NCBI GenBank assembly: GCA_964465735.1
Contig: CAYXKT010000001.1
Location: 10,721 to 74,720 of the forward strand
Source of the DNA: an uncultured bacterium
GTDB lineage: Bacteria; Auribacterota; Erginobacteria; Erginobacterales; Erginobacteraceae
Direction: 5' to 3'
Length of the DNA stretch: 64,000 nt
Shown: positions 27,587 to 37,737 of the stretch, in pieces
Layout of the letters: every line of letters begins with the position of its first letter
How positions within the stretch are numbered: position 1 is the stretch's first letter
Program-made: the position numbers and the translations under genes
Notes under the pieces: model-generated
What the model saw: only the letters and a program-made list of their open reading frames with translations
Database searches by the model: none
What the model was told of the DNA's origin: nothing

Positions 27587-28954
27587 ATGGCCGCCATTGA
27601 GATAGATAAAAGCTCGGATAATACCGGAGGCGTGTTTGTCAAGAAGAGCGCCTTTACCCTCTTTACCCGAGTGATTCTTATTGTCGTCTCATTTGGCGCC
27701 AGTGTGGTAACGGCCAGACTATTAGGACCGGCGGGGAAGGGGCAATTGTCCGTGATTCTTTTGGCCCCGACCTTGTTGATGAACCTGGGCGGGTTAGCGA
27801 TTACCTCCTCCAATGTATTCCTCATCGGGAGAAGGAAACCAAAGCTCAACGAAATATTTTGGAATTCGACTCTCTTCTCCATTGTATTGGGTATCCTGCT
27901 GATCTTAATATTTCTTATATTTCGTCCCTGGCTTGACTCTTTTTTCAGAAATGCGGACCCAGTTCTGATCACGATTGCGTTAGCCACAGTGCCCTTCAGC
28001 TTATTTTACGTCTATGGCATATTTATTCCTCTGGGGGAGAGAAAAGTTGTAGCTTACAATATCCTGAAGGTGATTGAGCCGGTTGTCTATTTTATGGCTC
28101 TGGTCATTTTTATCTGGATATTGAAGTTGGAAATAATTGGCGGTCTGGTGGCATATATATTTGGCATCCTCGGTGGCTGCATAGCCTTGCTGGTCTATGC
28201 GAAAAGACATATCCCTCTCAAATTTCAATTAAACTTAAAACTGATCAAGGAAGGCTGCGTTTATGGCGCGAAGTGCCACGTGGAAAGCGCCGCCTGGTTT
28301 TTTATCCGAAGAATATCGGTTTTGCTGATCAATAAATATATGGAACCCAAGGATGTCGGTTGGTATGTGGTGGCAGTCGCTTTGAGCGAAGCTCTCTGGC
28401 ATCTTCCGATGTCGATTTCCACGGTCTTGTTTCCGGAAATTTGTTCCAAGCATAATGCGTGCAACCAGAAAGAGATGGCTTCACGAGTATGCAGGAATTC
28501 GATATTTATTCTTGTCGTGAGCGCGATCATATTAGGAGCGTTCGCGTATTTATTGATAAATTTCTTTTATGGACGGGAGTACTCCCCCAGCATTAATGCT
28601 CTTTTACTCCTCCTTCCGGGCTCGGTATTGTTAGGCGCGATGCTGGTTTTAAGCACATATATGAGGGGGATTAATCGGCCTATGGTGGCGAGCCTGATTG
28701 CGTGCGCTATGCTTGTCTGCACCGTAATTACCAATATTATTTTAATCCCACTGATGGGTATCTACGGTGCGGCACTGTCTTTGTCCGTTACGGCGGCCAT
28801 AGGCTTTGTCCTTATCGTCGTTATCTACGCGAAAATGACTGGAGAGAAAGCTGCCCAGTTTCTTATTATCGGCCGGGAAGATTTTCAATATTATCGCGAT
28901 ATGTATTCAAGACTAATCGTTTCGAGATTTAAAAAAGATGGAAAATCTATTTAA
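27587..28954 (+). CDS. Wzx-like polysaccharide flippase (MOP superfamily)
   Basis: 455 aa, ~12-14 TM helices, typical O-unit flippase architecture. Confidence 0.65.
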   Translation: MAAIEIDKSSDNTGGVFVKKSAFTLFTRVILIVVSFGASVVTARLLGPAGKGQLSVILLAPTLLMNLGGLAITSSNVFLIGRRKPKLNEIFWNSTLFSIVLGILLILIFLIFRPWLDSFFRNADPVLITIALATVPFSLFYVYGIFIPLGERKVVAYNILKVIEPVVYFMALVIFIWILKLEIIGGLVAYIFGILGGCIALLVYAKRHIPLKFQLNLKLIKEGCVYGAKCHVESAAWFFIRRISVLLINKYMEPKDVGWYVVAVALSEALWHLPMSISTVLFPEICSKHNACNQKEMASRVCRNSIFILVVSAIILGAFAYLLINFFYGREYSPSINALLLLLPGSVLLGAMLVLSTYMRGINRPMVASLIACAMLVCTVITNIILIPLMGIYGAALSLSVTAAIGFVLIVVIYAKMTGEKAAQFLIIGREDFQYYRDMYSRLIVSRFKKDGKSI

Positions 28955-30023
28955 CCGGCCGCTAATCAGAAAGGCCATTGATTCCCTCCCGGAGCATAAC
29001 CCCTGGATAAAAAAGCTCAGGGTCGGAGCCAAGGCACTTCTTTTCCGGAGACGAATTATCCCGGAGAAGAGGATTTTATTCGCCGGGGTCGAAGATGCGA
29101 TTTATGAACGGATCTTGATAATTGGGCCGGGGCGGGATGAGGTAGCGGTAACTTCTTCCTACACTGCGGTAAGTCCGGGGACAGAGAAGGGATATTATCT
29201 TGATTTGCCGAATTTTTTCCAGAAAAGACCCTACGTCCCTGGTTACAGCGGCTGCGGATGGATCAGGTCAAGGGGGAAGGCGGTGTCATCGTTCAAGAAA
29301 GGCGATCTGGTCGCCGGAATACTCAAGCATAGTAACGTGAATATTCTTGCCGCCGGCGAGGTTGTTCCCGTACCGGAAGGTCTGAATCCCCTCTATGCCG
29401 CCTTTGTGACACTGGGGGTCATTGCCTTGACCGGTTTGCGGAGTGCTTCAATTGAGAAAGGAGATAAAGTCGCGATTATGGGCCAGGGGATTCTGGGGCA
29501 ACTCCTGAACCAACTGGTCCGGTTGACGGAAGTGCAGAGTATCTGTGCCGTCGCGCGCTCGCAAAGCAAAAAGGAGATGGCACTCAAAAGCGGTGTTGAC
29601 GAGTTCATATCTTCGAGTGATCAATCCCTGGCCTTGAAATCAGTTCAGGCGAATGTGGTAATTGACAGCACGGGTAACCTGGAAGGCTTCGAAGATGCGC
29701 TCAAGATAGTAATCCCCGGTGGCCGAGTGGTGATGTTAGGGAGTATTCCTGAATATGCCAGAGATAGCAACTGGGCGAAGACAGTGGTAGATAAATGTAT
29801 TGAAGTTCGAGGTGCCCACGTTCGGAATCTGGAAGAGGAAGGGTTGAGTTATCGCTCTGAAGCGGCCCGTTTCCTTAACCTGTTGGCTGAGAAGAAAATA
29901 AAAATGGACCACTTGATCTCCGACATCTATAAGCCGGAAGATGCGCCGGGAATTTATCGGCGTTTTGGCGCTGACAGTAGAGATATGGTGGGAGTGGCGA
30001 TTGAATGGAGGAAAAGGGATTGA
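28938..30023 (+). CDS. Zinc-binding medium-chain dehydrogenase/reductase family protein
   Basis: MDR-like GxGxxG Rossmann core (IMGQGILGQLL). Confidence 0.55.
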   Translation: MENLFNRPLIRKAIDSLPEHNPWIKKLRVGAKALLFRRRIIPEKRILFAGVEDAIYERILIIGPGRDEVAVTSSYTAVSPGTEKGYYLDLPNFFQKRPYVPGYSGCGWIRSRGKAVSSFKKGDLVAGILKHSNVNILAAGEVVPVPEGLNPLYAAFVTLGVIALTGLRSASIEKGDKVAIMGQGILGQLLNQLVRLTEVQSICAVARSQSKKEMALKSGVDEFISSSDQSLALKSVQANVVIDSTGNLEGFEDALKIVIPGGRVVMLGSIPEYARDSNWAKTVVDKCIEVRGAHVRNLEEEGLSYRSEAARFLNLLAEKKIKMDHLISDIYKPEDAPGIYRRFGADSRDMVGVAIEWRKRD

Positions 30024-30925
30024 GAATTACCATTACTGAAAAAATACGAGATCGCGCCAAGGGCAGCAAGTTAGCCCGAAAAATTCTCTTTCCAGCGATA
30101 TTTTTCCGAGACTTAATCCTGGAAAGGAGGGAGAAAGTATTTGATAAGTTTTATCTTGATGCATTTCAATTTGTGGAATTAGGGAGCCTTGTGGTCCGGG
30201 TCCCGGACTTCGAAGGTTCATTTGAGGTAGATGCCCGCTCTGACACTTTAAAAAGATTATTGAAATATAAACATTATGAGCCTTACCTGGCGGAAATCGC
30301 GAAAAAGCATATAAACCCGGAAAGAGATGTTCTGGACATCGGAGCCAACATAGGTCTTTTTTCGACGCTGGCCGCAAAAAATATCTCCAGTCGGAATAAG
30401 GTATTATCGGTTGAACCGACACCTCTGGCGCTAAAATACCTTCGGGGGAATATCCAGAGAAATAATATTCAAGAATCGGTGATTATTTATGAAGGGGCGG
30501 CAACAGATAACCCGGGTAACCGCCTGATTAATATTATTCCCGGTAAGGAAGAATACTCCAGTTTAAGCAATATTGTCCATCCGCCTGCTTTGGGTAAGAA
30601 ATTCGAGGCGCTCGAAGTCCAGAGTGATACCGTGGATAATCTGGTTAGTAAGTTCAACTTGAAACCGGGTTTTATTAAGATCGATACCGAGGGCGGAGAA
30701 TATAAAGTTCTAAAAGGAGCGCTGGCTACAATAACAAAATTAAAACCAGTGATTGTCTCGGAATTGATAGATAATTTATTGCAAAGCTTTGGCGATTCAT
30801 CAGCTAAAGTTATCAATTTATTAGAAGATAATGGATATAATGTGTTTAATGCCAGGCAGCTTGATTTGCCGGTCCAGGTACCTTTTGACGGAGAGATTTT
30901 AGCTCTTCCGGCAATGGAAAGATAA
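30005..30925 (+). CDS. FkbM-family methyltransferase
   Basis: VLDIGANIGLFS and the IKIDTEGGEYKVLKGA hallmark. Confidence 0.7.
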   Translation: MEEKGLRITITEKIRDRAKGSKLARKILFPAIFFRDLILERREKVFDKFYLDAFQFVELGSLVVRVPDFEGSFEVDARSDTLKRLLKYKHYEPYLAEIAKKHINPERDVLDIGANIGLFSTLAAKNISSRNKVLSVEPTPLALKYLRGNIQRNNIQESVIIYEGAATDNPGNRLINIIPGKEEYSSLSNIVHPPALGKKFEALEVQSDTVDNLVSKFNLKPGFIKIDTEGGEYKVLKGALATITKLKPVIVSELIDNLLQSFGDSSAKVINLLEDNGYNVFNARQLDLPVQVPFDGEILALPAMER

Positions 30926-30977
30926 ACCGCACTTTCCCCGGTTTTTTGCCGGGAATACAAAGCATATTCTGGAATCT

Positions 30978-32114
30978 ATGGTGGAGGGGTATCTGGATAA
31001 TACCGTGAAAACCGAAAAACAAATAGGGGTGGCCCTGGTTGGCTGCGGGGCGATCTCTTATGCGAACGCCGAGGCGATCCGCATCTCCCAATTAGCTGAT
31101 CTGATCTACGCGGTTGATGTCAATTATTCCTCGGCCGAGAAATTGGGAAAAAAATACGGAGTTGCCTACACGGCTCATTTGGAGGAGGCCATCTCCAACC
31201 CTTTGGTTGATGTTGTTTTTATCTGTACCCCGCATTATCTTCACGCTCCAATCGCTGAACAGGCGGCTCAGGCGGGGAAACACGTAATCGTTGAGAAACC
31301 AATGGGGGTGAGTTTAGCCGATGCCCGGAAAATACAGGCTGTCTGCGCGGAGAAGCAAGTTTTGCTGTCGGTCTGTTATTGTATGAGATATTGGTCGGCC
31401 GTCCGGCAGGCCCGGCAGCTTATCGAAGATGGGGGATTGGGAAAGATTCTCGGGACCGAGATGATGATGATCCGGGATCGGAGCGAGAGCTACCTGGGAA
31501 GAAATACCTGGCAGGAAGCGAACCCCAACTGGCACGGTGACCGGGCCCGGGCGGGCGGGGGGATGTTCTTCGATAATTTCTCCCACTACCTGGATTATTT
31601 CCATTTTCTCACCGACCTCGATATCGAATGGATATTTGCCCGGGCCGATACCCGCCTGATCCCGGCGGATGTGGAGGATTCGTTGTTTGCTCTCTGCGGC
31701 TATGAAAACGGAGCTTCCGGGATGGTTCTCTCCGGAAGCACCGTCCGGGGAGCCGGCAAGGAAGGAAGCCTCCGGCCATTGAATTCAATGCAGCGGATCT
31801 GGGGGGAATACGGGCAGATAGTTCTTCAGCCGGATTTTTCTTTTTATTCACTCAAACGGATCGGCGGCTATGCCCCCAATTGCTGGCACCATCTGAGCAA
31901 CTATCGGGGCAAGGCGGCCGGCGCTGGATTGGAAGAGCGACGGAGCTTTGTCGATATGTTCGCCCGGGCGGTTCAGGAAGGCTTGCCCCTGGAGATCACC
32001 GGGGAAGACGGTCTTCGGGTGATGGCTGTGATGGACGCGGTTTATCGATCCTCTGCCGCCGGGTCAAAAGAACCAGTCAAAATCATTCAAACTGCTCAAT
32101 CCGGGTTACTATGA
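30978..32114 (+). CDS. Gfo/Idh/MocA-family NAD(P)-dependent oxidoreductase
   Basis: VALVGCGAISYANAEAI N-terminal Rossmann, and the ICTPHYLHAPIAEQAAQAGKHVIVEKP motif. Confidence 0.8.
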   Translation: MVEGYLDNTVKTEKQIGVALVGCGAISYANAEAIRISQLADLIYAVDVNYSSAEKLGKKYGVAYTAHLEEAISNPLVDVVFICTPHYLHAPIAEQAAQAGKHVIVEKPMGVSLADARKIQAVCAEKQVLLSVCYCMRYWSAVRQARQLIEDGGLGKILGTEMMMIRDRSESYLGRNTWQEANPNWHGDRARAGGGMFFDNFSHYLDYFHFLTDLDIEWIFARADTRLIPADVEDSLFALCGYENGASGMVLSGSTVRGAGKEGSLRPLNSMQRIWGEYGQIVLQPDFSFYSLKRIGGYAPNCWHHLSNYRGKAAGAGLEERRSFVDMFARAVQEGLPLEITGEDGLRVMAVMDAVYRSSAAGSKEPVKIIQTAQSGLL

Positions 32115-32860
32115 TCTTTGCTCTCTGGGAAAATATCTCCGGCGATATTGAGGTGCCGATCTGCGCCTCTCCGGTTGACAACGCCGACGATCCGGCTTCC
32201 AGGGTTATCCTCTTTCCCAGGGAAGAGAAGGCGTCCGATGTTCCGGGTCTCCCTCCTGATTCCGCCTCCGGGCGCCAGGTGGTCTTATCTTCCGCGTTTC
32301 CCGCCCGGTTATTGTTGTCGGCGGTGGTTCTGGCTCAGGCGGTCAAGGTAGTGGATTCTCTATCCCTTCCCTCGAATGTTCTGGTTTTTTCCGAAGGGTT
32401 AATTGGAGAAGCCGTCCGCCTTACCCTGTCCGCGAATGCTATGAATAAGGTGGTGGTTGCCCGGGTAGGTGGCGAAGGAGGAGGGGCCAAGGGCGACGAG
32501 TTAGATCCCTTTGCTCCCGGATTCATCGATTCCTTGAAGACAATTACCGGTGGTCAGGGTTTCCCCGCCGTGGTCCTCGCCTCCGCCCGCCCGGAATTGG
32601 TGAAAAAAGCTCTGGGATGCGCCGGAGTCTTCGGCCAGGTATTCTTTCTGCTTCCGATCGGCGGGAAGGTTTCCGTGGACCTGACCGCGACGGTTAATTT
32701 CAAAAGTTTGATCCTTCGAGGCCGGGATTTCTTTGTTGATCTGGCAACCCTGACCGGCACGGATATCGAGGCGGCGGTGCTCAAAGCCGATTCGCTCCCG
32801 GTTCAACTGCGGGCGGGGATGGCGGAATCAGGATTGAAGATTAAAACTGGTCAGGAATAA
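32113..32860 (+). CDS. Dehydrogenase-like protein (MDR/Rossmann-like, no catalytic N-domain recognised)
   Basis: 249 aa from the ATG at 32113. Weak similarity to the zinc-ADH C-terminal cofactor domain. Confidence 0.35.
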
Positions 32861-32881
32861 TTCGGCCGCGAGGTTAATGAG

Positions 32882-33649
32882 ATGAGTCTAAACACCAAAC
32901 TGAAGAAAGTTATACCCCAATTTATCTGGATTCCGTTGACAGATCTGCGGGACCGTCTCCTCCACCGGGGAAAATACAATTTCCGGCTCTGTAAAGACCG
33001 CGAATCGCCCTTTGAATATACGACCCGCTACGACCACCGGAACCTTCGGAAAGCCCGGAAGAGCATCTTGTGGGATGATGACTGGAAGGGAGCGACCCGG
33101 GCGACGATCGCTATTCTCCAGGAATTAGACCTGCTTTCGGGTAGTAGGAATATAGTTGATTACGGAGGGGGAATCGGGAGGATCAGTCGGGCGGTGCTGG
33201 AAAGCTCCGACGGCCGGGTGATCCTGGTTGACCGCTCGCCCGAGATGCGGGCCCACGCGCTTCGTTATGTGCCGAAAAAACTGGCCGGGTCCGGCAGGTT
33301 CACGATCTGGTCCGATACCGAATTCCTGGAAAGGATGGGGGGCGTTGAGGGAGGGATCGATCTGATTCTGTTTATCGAATCCCTCCAGCATATCCCGGAG
33401 CCGATCCTGGATGAACTCTTTCCGAAAGTTATATCATCTCTTTCCCCGGGGGGGCGGGTGTTCGTCCTGGGGAACCCGGACCTGGATGTTGACCTCCGGG
33501 CCCGCAGACACCAGACCCTGATCGGGGATTTCCTCAAACGGCATATCCGGGTTGTCCGGGAGGATGTCTGGGAGGAATGGGAGAGGGGAGGACGGAAATT
33601 CAGTTTCCGCCACCCCCGCTACTCCTTCCTCTGCCGGAAAGAGGAGTAA
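32882..33649 (+). CDS. Class I SAM-dependent methyltransferase
   Basis: VDYGGGIGRISRAVLE motif I, ILVDRSPEM motif II. Confidence 0.65.
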   Translation: MSLNTKLKKVIPQFIWIPLTDLRDRLLHRGKYNFRLCKDRESPFEYTTRYDHRNLRKARKSILWDDDWKGATRATIAILQELDLLSGSRNIVDYGGGIGRISRAVLESSDGRVILVDRSPEMRAHALRYVPKKLAGSGRFTIWSDTEFLERMGGVEGGIDLILFIESLQHIPEPILDELFPKVISSLSPGGRVFVLGNPDLDVDLRARRHQTLIGDFLKRHIRVVREDVWEEWERGGRKFSFRHPRYSFLCRKEE

Positions 33650-33692
33650 ATAGTGCCTGGACGGAAACCTCAGATTAAATGGAATTTGTCAT

Positions 33693-33850
33693 TGCGAGGA
33701 ACAAAGTGACGAAGCAATTTCATCCCACAATAAGCAGATTGCTTCGTCGTCCCCCCTCGCAATGACCTGGTTTCTGGGGTTTTCGTTCAGGCTCTAAATA
33801 GTTTCCCCTGAAGCTGGATAAAAATCCGGATCATAATGACAGATTATTAC
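33693..33850. repeat. Nested-hairpin repeat element, copy 2 (full length)
   Basis: GTCATTGCGAGG-...GACGAAGCAAT-loop-ATTGCTTCGTC...-CCTCGCAATGAC is a perfect 12-bp outer and 11-bp inner inverted repeat. Confidence 0.5.
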
Positions 33851-33891
33851 CCATCATTTCTATAATACTATATCCTGAGGATTAATCTACT

Positions 33892-34836
33892 ATGCCTGAA
33901 GTATCCGTAATAATCCCGACTTACAATAGCGCCCATTTTCTCCCCGAGGCGATTGATAGTGTCCTGGCGCAGACCTTCCGGGACTACGAGCTGATCATCG
34001 TTGACGACGGCTCCACTGACGATACCGAAGAGGTAGTCAAGCGCTATGGGGATAAAATCAAGTACCTGCGCCAGGAGAATCGCGGCCCCGGACCGGCCAA
34101 GAACACTGGGATCAAAAACAGCCGGGGTCCGTTGATCGCCACCCTGGACGCCGACGATAAGTGGCTGCTCGATAAGTTGGAGGTCCAGGTCGAGTATATG
34201 CGGTCCCATCCCCAAATCGGCCTGGTTTACGGTAACGTCTCGACTTTCGACGACAGGGGCGTCATCACCGAGGCCTATGACGGGACGCACCGTAAGGTTT
34301 ATCAGGGAGAGGTCTTCGACCAGTTGCTACTGCAGAATTTCATCTCCTCGATCACAATTATGGTCCGGCGGGAATCCCTGGAGAAGGTGGGGATGTTCCC
34401 GGAAGATGTGATGATCTCGGAGGACTGGCATCTCTGGCTGCGGATCGCCAAAGAATACCCGATCGGTTACATCGATCGGCCTCTGGCGCTATACCGCTGG
34501 CAGACGCAGTCTCTGACCTGGGATTACGCCAAGTCCTATCCCGACCGGATTAAGGTGCTGGAAAAGATAATCGGGTTATACCCGGATTATCTGGCCCACC
34601 GAAAGGGTCTGGTCCGCCAGGCCAGAAGCAAGATGATGATGCGATATGGTTATGCGTTGTTCAGTTCCGGGGATTATGCCCAAGCCCGAGAAAAACTCAT
34701 CAATTCGATCCAGACAAAACCACTCCAAATAAAACCCTACCTCTATCTGATAGGCACCTTAATCCCAAAAGGATTAAGAAAGCATCTAACCAAAGCCAAA
34801 TCCCGCCTGGGAATAAAATTTATGCCCGCTGAATAA
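33892..34836 (+). CDS. GT2-family glycosyltransferase
   Basis: VSVIIPTYNSAHFL, IIVDDGSTDD, LDADDKW (DxD). Confidence 0.8.
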   Translation: MPEVSVIIPTYNSAHFLPEAIDSVLAQTFRDYELIIVDDGSTDDTEEVVKRYGDKIKYLRQENRGPGPAKNTGIKNSRGPLIATLDADDKWLLDKLEVQVEYMRSHPQIGLVYGNVSTFDDRGVITEAYDGTHRKVYQGEVFDQLLLQNFISSITIMVRRESLEKVGMFPEDVMISEDWHLWLRIAKEYPIGYIDRPLALYRWQTQSLTWDYAKSYPDRIKVLEKIIGLYPDYLAHRKGLVRQARSKMMMRYGYALFSSGDYAQAREKLINSIQTKPLQIKPYLYLIGTLIPKGLRKHLTKAKSRLGIKFMPAE

Positions 34837-34965
34837 ATGTAACCGGAAAATTCCATCTCAGCGGTACCACATTCAGGTAAACAGGCAGGTGTAAAATGAA
34901 ACTGTTAGAGAAGATCTATTATGCTGTTATTGGTTAGCCGATTACGACTATCCAGGAAGTTAAAT

Positions 34966-35200
34966 ATGACACGCGCAATAACCCAAATATTAGAAGATGC
35001 ACTACGACTAAGGCCCATTCAAAAAGCAGAACTAATAGATAAACTATTCCATAGCTTTGATCACGCAACTGATCATCATATCGATGAAGCCTGGTCAGAC
35101 GAAATAGAGTCGCGCATCGATGCCTATGATAACGGCAAGATCTCTGCCACCGGCAATGAAATTCTCGATTTCAGATTCACCCCTAATGACTGTGCTTTGC
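34966..35200 (+). CDS. Putative addiction-module antitoxin component (TIGR02574-like); 3' end uncertain
   Basis: MTRAITQILEDALRLRPIQKAELIDKLFHSFD...IDEAWSDEIESRIDAYDNGKI. The ORF lacks a stop until 35400 and runs antisense to the TIR gene. Its 5' leader is duplicated at 41695. Confidence 0.4.
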
Positions 35201-35523
35201 AGATGAGAAATGAACCCATAGGAAGGAGACCCATCGAGACTGATGGGAATGAATGCAACGTTCTCTCTGGAGAAGGCTATGCCGATCTCTTGGGAACACC
35301 AGTCAGACACCTTGGAGTTACGACTGAGCAGGCAAACGAAGACATCGCACGCCTTCAACTCCGCGTAAATGCGCTCTTTCCATTCCTCAGACACTTGTAA
35401 GTCATCGTGCGCTAAGAAGGAAGGAATGCCGTAATGGTCGAAGAACTCCTTTAACCTCCCACCCCAGACCTTATCGTAAACTGAATAGCTAATGAATATT
35501 CTCATCTCTTCGCAAAATGTCAT
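35095..35523 (-). CDS. Stand-alone TIR-domain protein
   Basis: RIFISYSVYDKVW...CDVFVCLLSRNSKVSDWCSQEIGIA...VAFIPISLDG matches TIR_2 (FISYS, SxWC, E). Confidence 0.65.
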   Translation of the reverse strand: MTFCEEMRIFISYSVYDKVWGGRLKEFFDHYGIPSFLAHDDLQVSEEWKERIYAELKACDVFVCLLSRNSKVSDWCSQEIGIAFSRENVAFIPISLDGSPSYGFISHLQSTVIRGESEIENFIAGGRDLAVIIGIDARLYFV

Positions 35524-35652
35524 ACCACTTAGATGCAGGCTATGGGAGTCTCATTGTCGCCCAATTTATTTTAGGGAGATGATCCCGCTTAGAGCCAGGA
35601 TGAGAAAGCCTTCCGTCTTCCCGGAACCAGTGCCGGTGGTAAGCATAAAGCG

Positions 35653-35940
35653 TCAGGGGGCCGAGTAGGGCCGCTCTCTTTCCTTGCCGAATGGCCAGTT
35701 TGGCTGGAGAGGGCCGGGATGGACGATTCCCTCCTGGACCAGTGCCTCCAAGCTGCGGTCTTTCTTGTGATCTCTACCCAGGGTGATATCGGGATCATTG
35801 ATCACCACTTTCATCTCCCTGATCTGTTCCTCGAACTGATTACGGATGTGGTCGTCACAGAGCCGGAGGGTGGTCTTGAGAAACCGGCGGTACTCCTCGC
35901 TAATATGCCGGACGCAATCGAGAGAGTTGCTGATCTCCAT
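35653..35940 (-). CDS. Hypothetical 95-aa protein in an operon with the PIN-like and TIR genes
   Basis: Start overlaps the upstream gene's stop. No family recognised. Confidence 0.3.
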   Translation of the reverse strand: MEISNSLDCVRHISEEYRRFLKTTLRLCDDHIRNQFEEQIREMKVVINDPDITLGRDHKKDRSLEALVQEGIVHPGPLQPNWPFGKERERPYSAP

Positions 35941-36431
35941 TAGAATTCCTCAAGAAAAAACAGGCTGGTTTTTCTCCTCAACCACTTTTTGCCATATTGA
36001 TCCTTGAACTTCGGCTTCAGACCGGCCCGGGCGGCAATTTCTTCCAGAGAAATCAGTCTCTCCTTCAAGCCCAGCTTGACCATTGCTCTGACCGAATTAT
36101 TATCCGGGGAGCAAAGTCTCCAAATTCCGGACTGCCCCAGCGCATAGGCGCTCAGGTGATGTTCTCCTTTATCCAAAATTACCGTTCCGCCCAGCTTCAG
36201 ATCGAGATCAATAAGCGCTTCTGGGGCAACCTTCCTGACCTGAACACGCTTTCTCATCGCCTCCACATCAATGGGAACATAATCTCGCCTCAACCTGCCG
36301 CCCGAGGCACACTCGACCGCAACCTCTTCAACGGTTTCAATCTGGCAAGAATTTACAATCGCTTTCCAGCATCCGGTCCTGTGGGCTTCAACGATAGCGT
36401 TGGTGTCCACAAGAATCCTATAGCCGGGCAT
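35940..36431 (-). CDS. PIN-like domain protein (putative nuclease) with a C-terminal extension
   Basis: YRILVDTNAIVEA N-terminal motif, with acidic residues at PIN-like spacing. Confidence 0.35.
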   Translation of the reverse strand: MPGYRILVDTNAIVEAHRTGCWKAIVNSCQIETVEEVAVECASGGRLRRDYVPIDVEAMRKRVQVRKVAPEALIDLDLKLGGTVILDKGEHHLSAYALGQSGIWRLCSPDNNSVRAMVKLGLKERLISLEEIAARAGLKPKFKDQYGKKWLRRKTSLFFLEEF

Positions 36432-36447
36432 CCCGCTATCTCCTCAG

Positions 36448-37560
36448 TTACAAGTCGAATGGAACAGCCATCTCGTAATCCCGGAAGAGATCGCCCAGAT
36501 CCTCAATGGTGCAATTTAAAATTCTGGCCCCCTTTCTCACCGAAACAAAACCTCTATCCAACACCTTATGAAGCTTTTTTACAAAAATTCGGGAGTAAGG
36601 GGGTAAAGGTTTGGGCTCCAATTCCGCTCCACCGTATTTCCGCAGGCGGATCATCGAAGAAACGGCCGACTTCTTCATCCACTTGAGATTCACCAGTCGC
36701 CAGTAAAGAGCTTCCCCAGAAACCTGCAAGTCGCGTGCGGTCCGATTGATCCACTCTGTCTCCGCCATTGCCCCCCGCGCTTTCCATCTGGGCAGCAATA
36801 TGTTTCTCGGCATCAGCAAACCGGCGGCGAATGCTTCGGCGAGGTTCTCCTCACGCTCTTTCGGTAACCCGATCGATGGGCTGTCTATCCGCCGCGGGGG
36901 GAGCTGCTCCCAGGTGAGCAGGTGAAACAACTCGTGGGCGAGATCATAATTCCGACGGTAATGCGGTTCCCTTCGGTTGATTGCCAGGGAACTGAATTCC
37001 GGAAGTCGGGCTGCGGCACCGGAAACGCTCTCCGGGGTATCCAGAGCAAGAAAGAGAATATGCAGCTTCTCCTCGATGACCTCGAGAAGCTGTTCCGCTG
37101 GGATTGGGCCTAAACCCCAGGTGGAGCTCAATCCTTCCCCGAGCTGGGTCGCCCGTTCATAGGAATCACTTTTTCTGACCTCCAGCCGCATATCCAGCTG
37201 GATATGCGGCTCCCCCAGCAGGTTGCCGAACTCCCGGTAGGCGGCAATCAGATCCCGGAGTTGGTGCTCCATTCCCTCAAGCTCTTTCCTGGAAGCTTGA
37301 GCACGCCAGGAAATCTTCATTTCATCCGGCAGGAGAAGCAGGGGATCGGTAAAAAAGTCCAGGGGACGACGGAAGATCTGCATCAGGGAGGCCAGTTCCG
37401 TAGCCTTCAGATTGCGCAAACCCGATTCTATGGCGGAGAGTGTCTGCCGATCCTTGAAGCCCAACCGGTTTGCCAGTGCCTCCTGGGTCAGCCCGGACTT
37501 TTCTCTCAGCCACCGGATCCTCCGTCCCACCATCCGGTTGAAACCTTGTTTGTCTCTCAT
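36448..37560 (-). CDS. XRE-family HTH fused to an ImmA/IrrE-family zinc metallopeptidase (CapH-CapP/ImmR-ImmA-like regulator)
   Basis: N-terminal HTH (LTQEALANRLGFKDRQTLSAIESG). HELFHLL HEXXH motif in a DUF955-like domain. Confidence 0.75.
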   Translation of the reverse strand: MRDKQGFNRMVGRRIRWLREKSGLTQEALANRLGFKDRQTLSAIESGLRNLKATELASLMQIFRRPLDFFTDPLLLLPDEMKISWRAQASRKELEGMEHQLRDLIAAYREFGNLLGEPHIQLDMRLEVRKSDSYERATQLGEGLSSTWGLGPIPAEQLLEVIEEKLHILFLALDTPESVSGAAARLPEFSSLAINRREPHYRRNYDLAHELFHLLTWEQLPPRRIDSPSIGLPKEREENLAEAFAAGLLMPRNILLPRWKARGAMAETEWINRTARDLQVSGEALYWRLVNLKWMKKSAVSSMIRLRKYGGAELEPKPLPPYSRIFVKKLHKVLDRGFVSVRKGARILNCTIEDLGDLFRDYEMAVPFDL

Positions 37561-37737
37561 AGCTGATCCCTCCAGATAGCCTCACAGACCAACATATCCC
37601 AGCTATTCCTTGATTACAAGATAATCTTGCATAACATATAATGCAAGATTATATCGGCTTTCTTTGGGCTTCAGGGAAAAGATTGAACTGGGTGGGCGCA
37701 AAGAGAAAGGAAAGAGAGAGGAGGCGGCAAATTTGTT

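Noticed and set aside
34966-35400. Treating the whole 159-aa + strand ORF as an intact antitoxin gene
   Set aside because: Family members are ~75 aa. Beyond ~35190 the ORF runs antisense through a convincing TIR-domain gene and has no recognisable toxin partner. The 3' portion is probably not translated.
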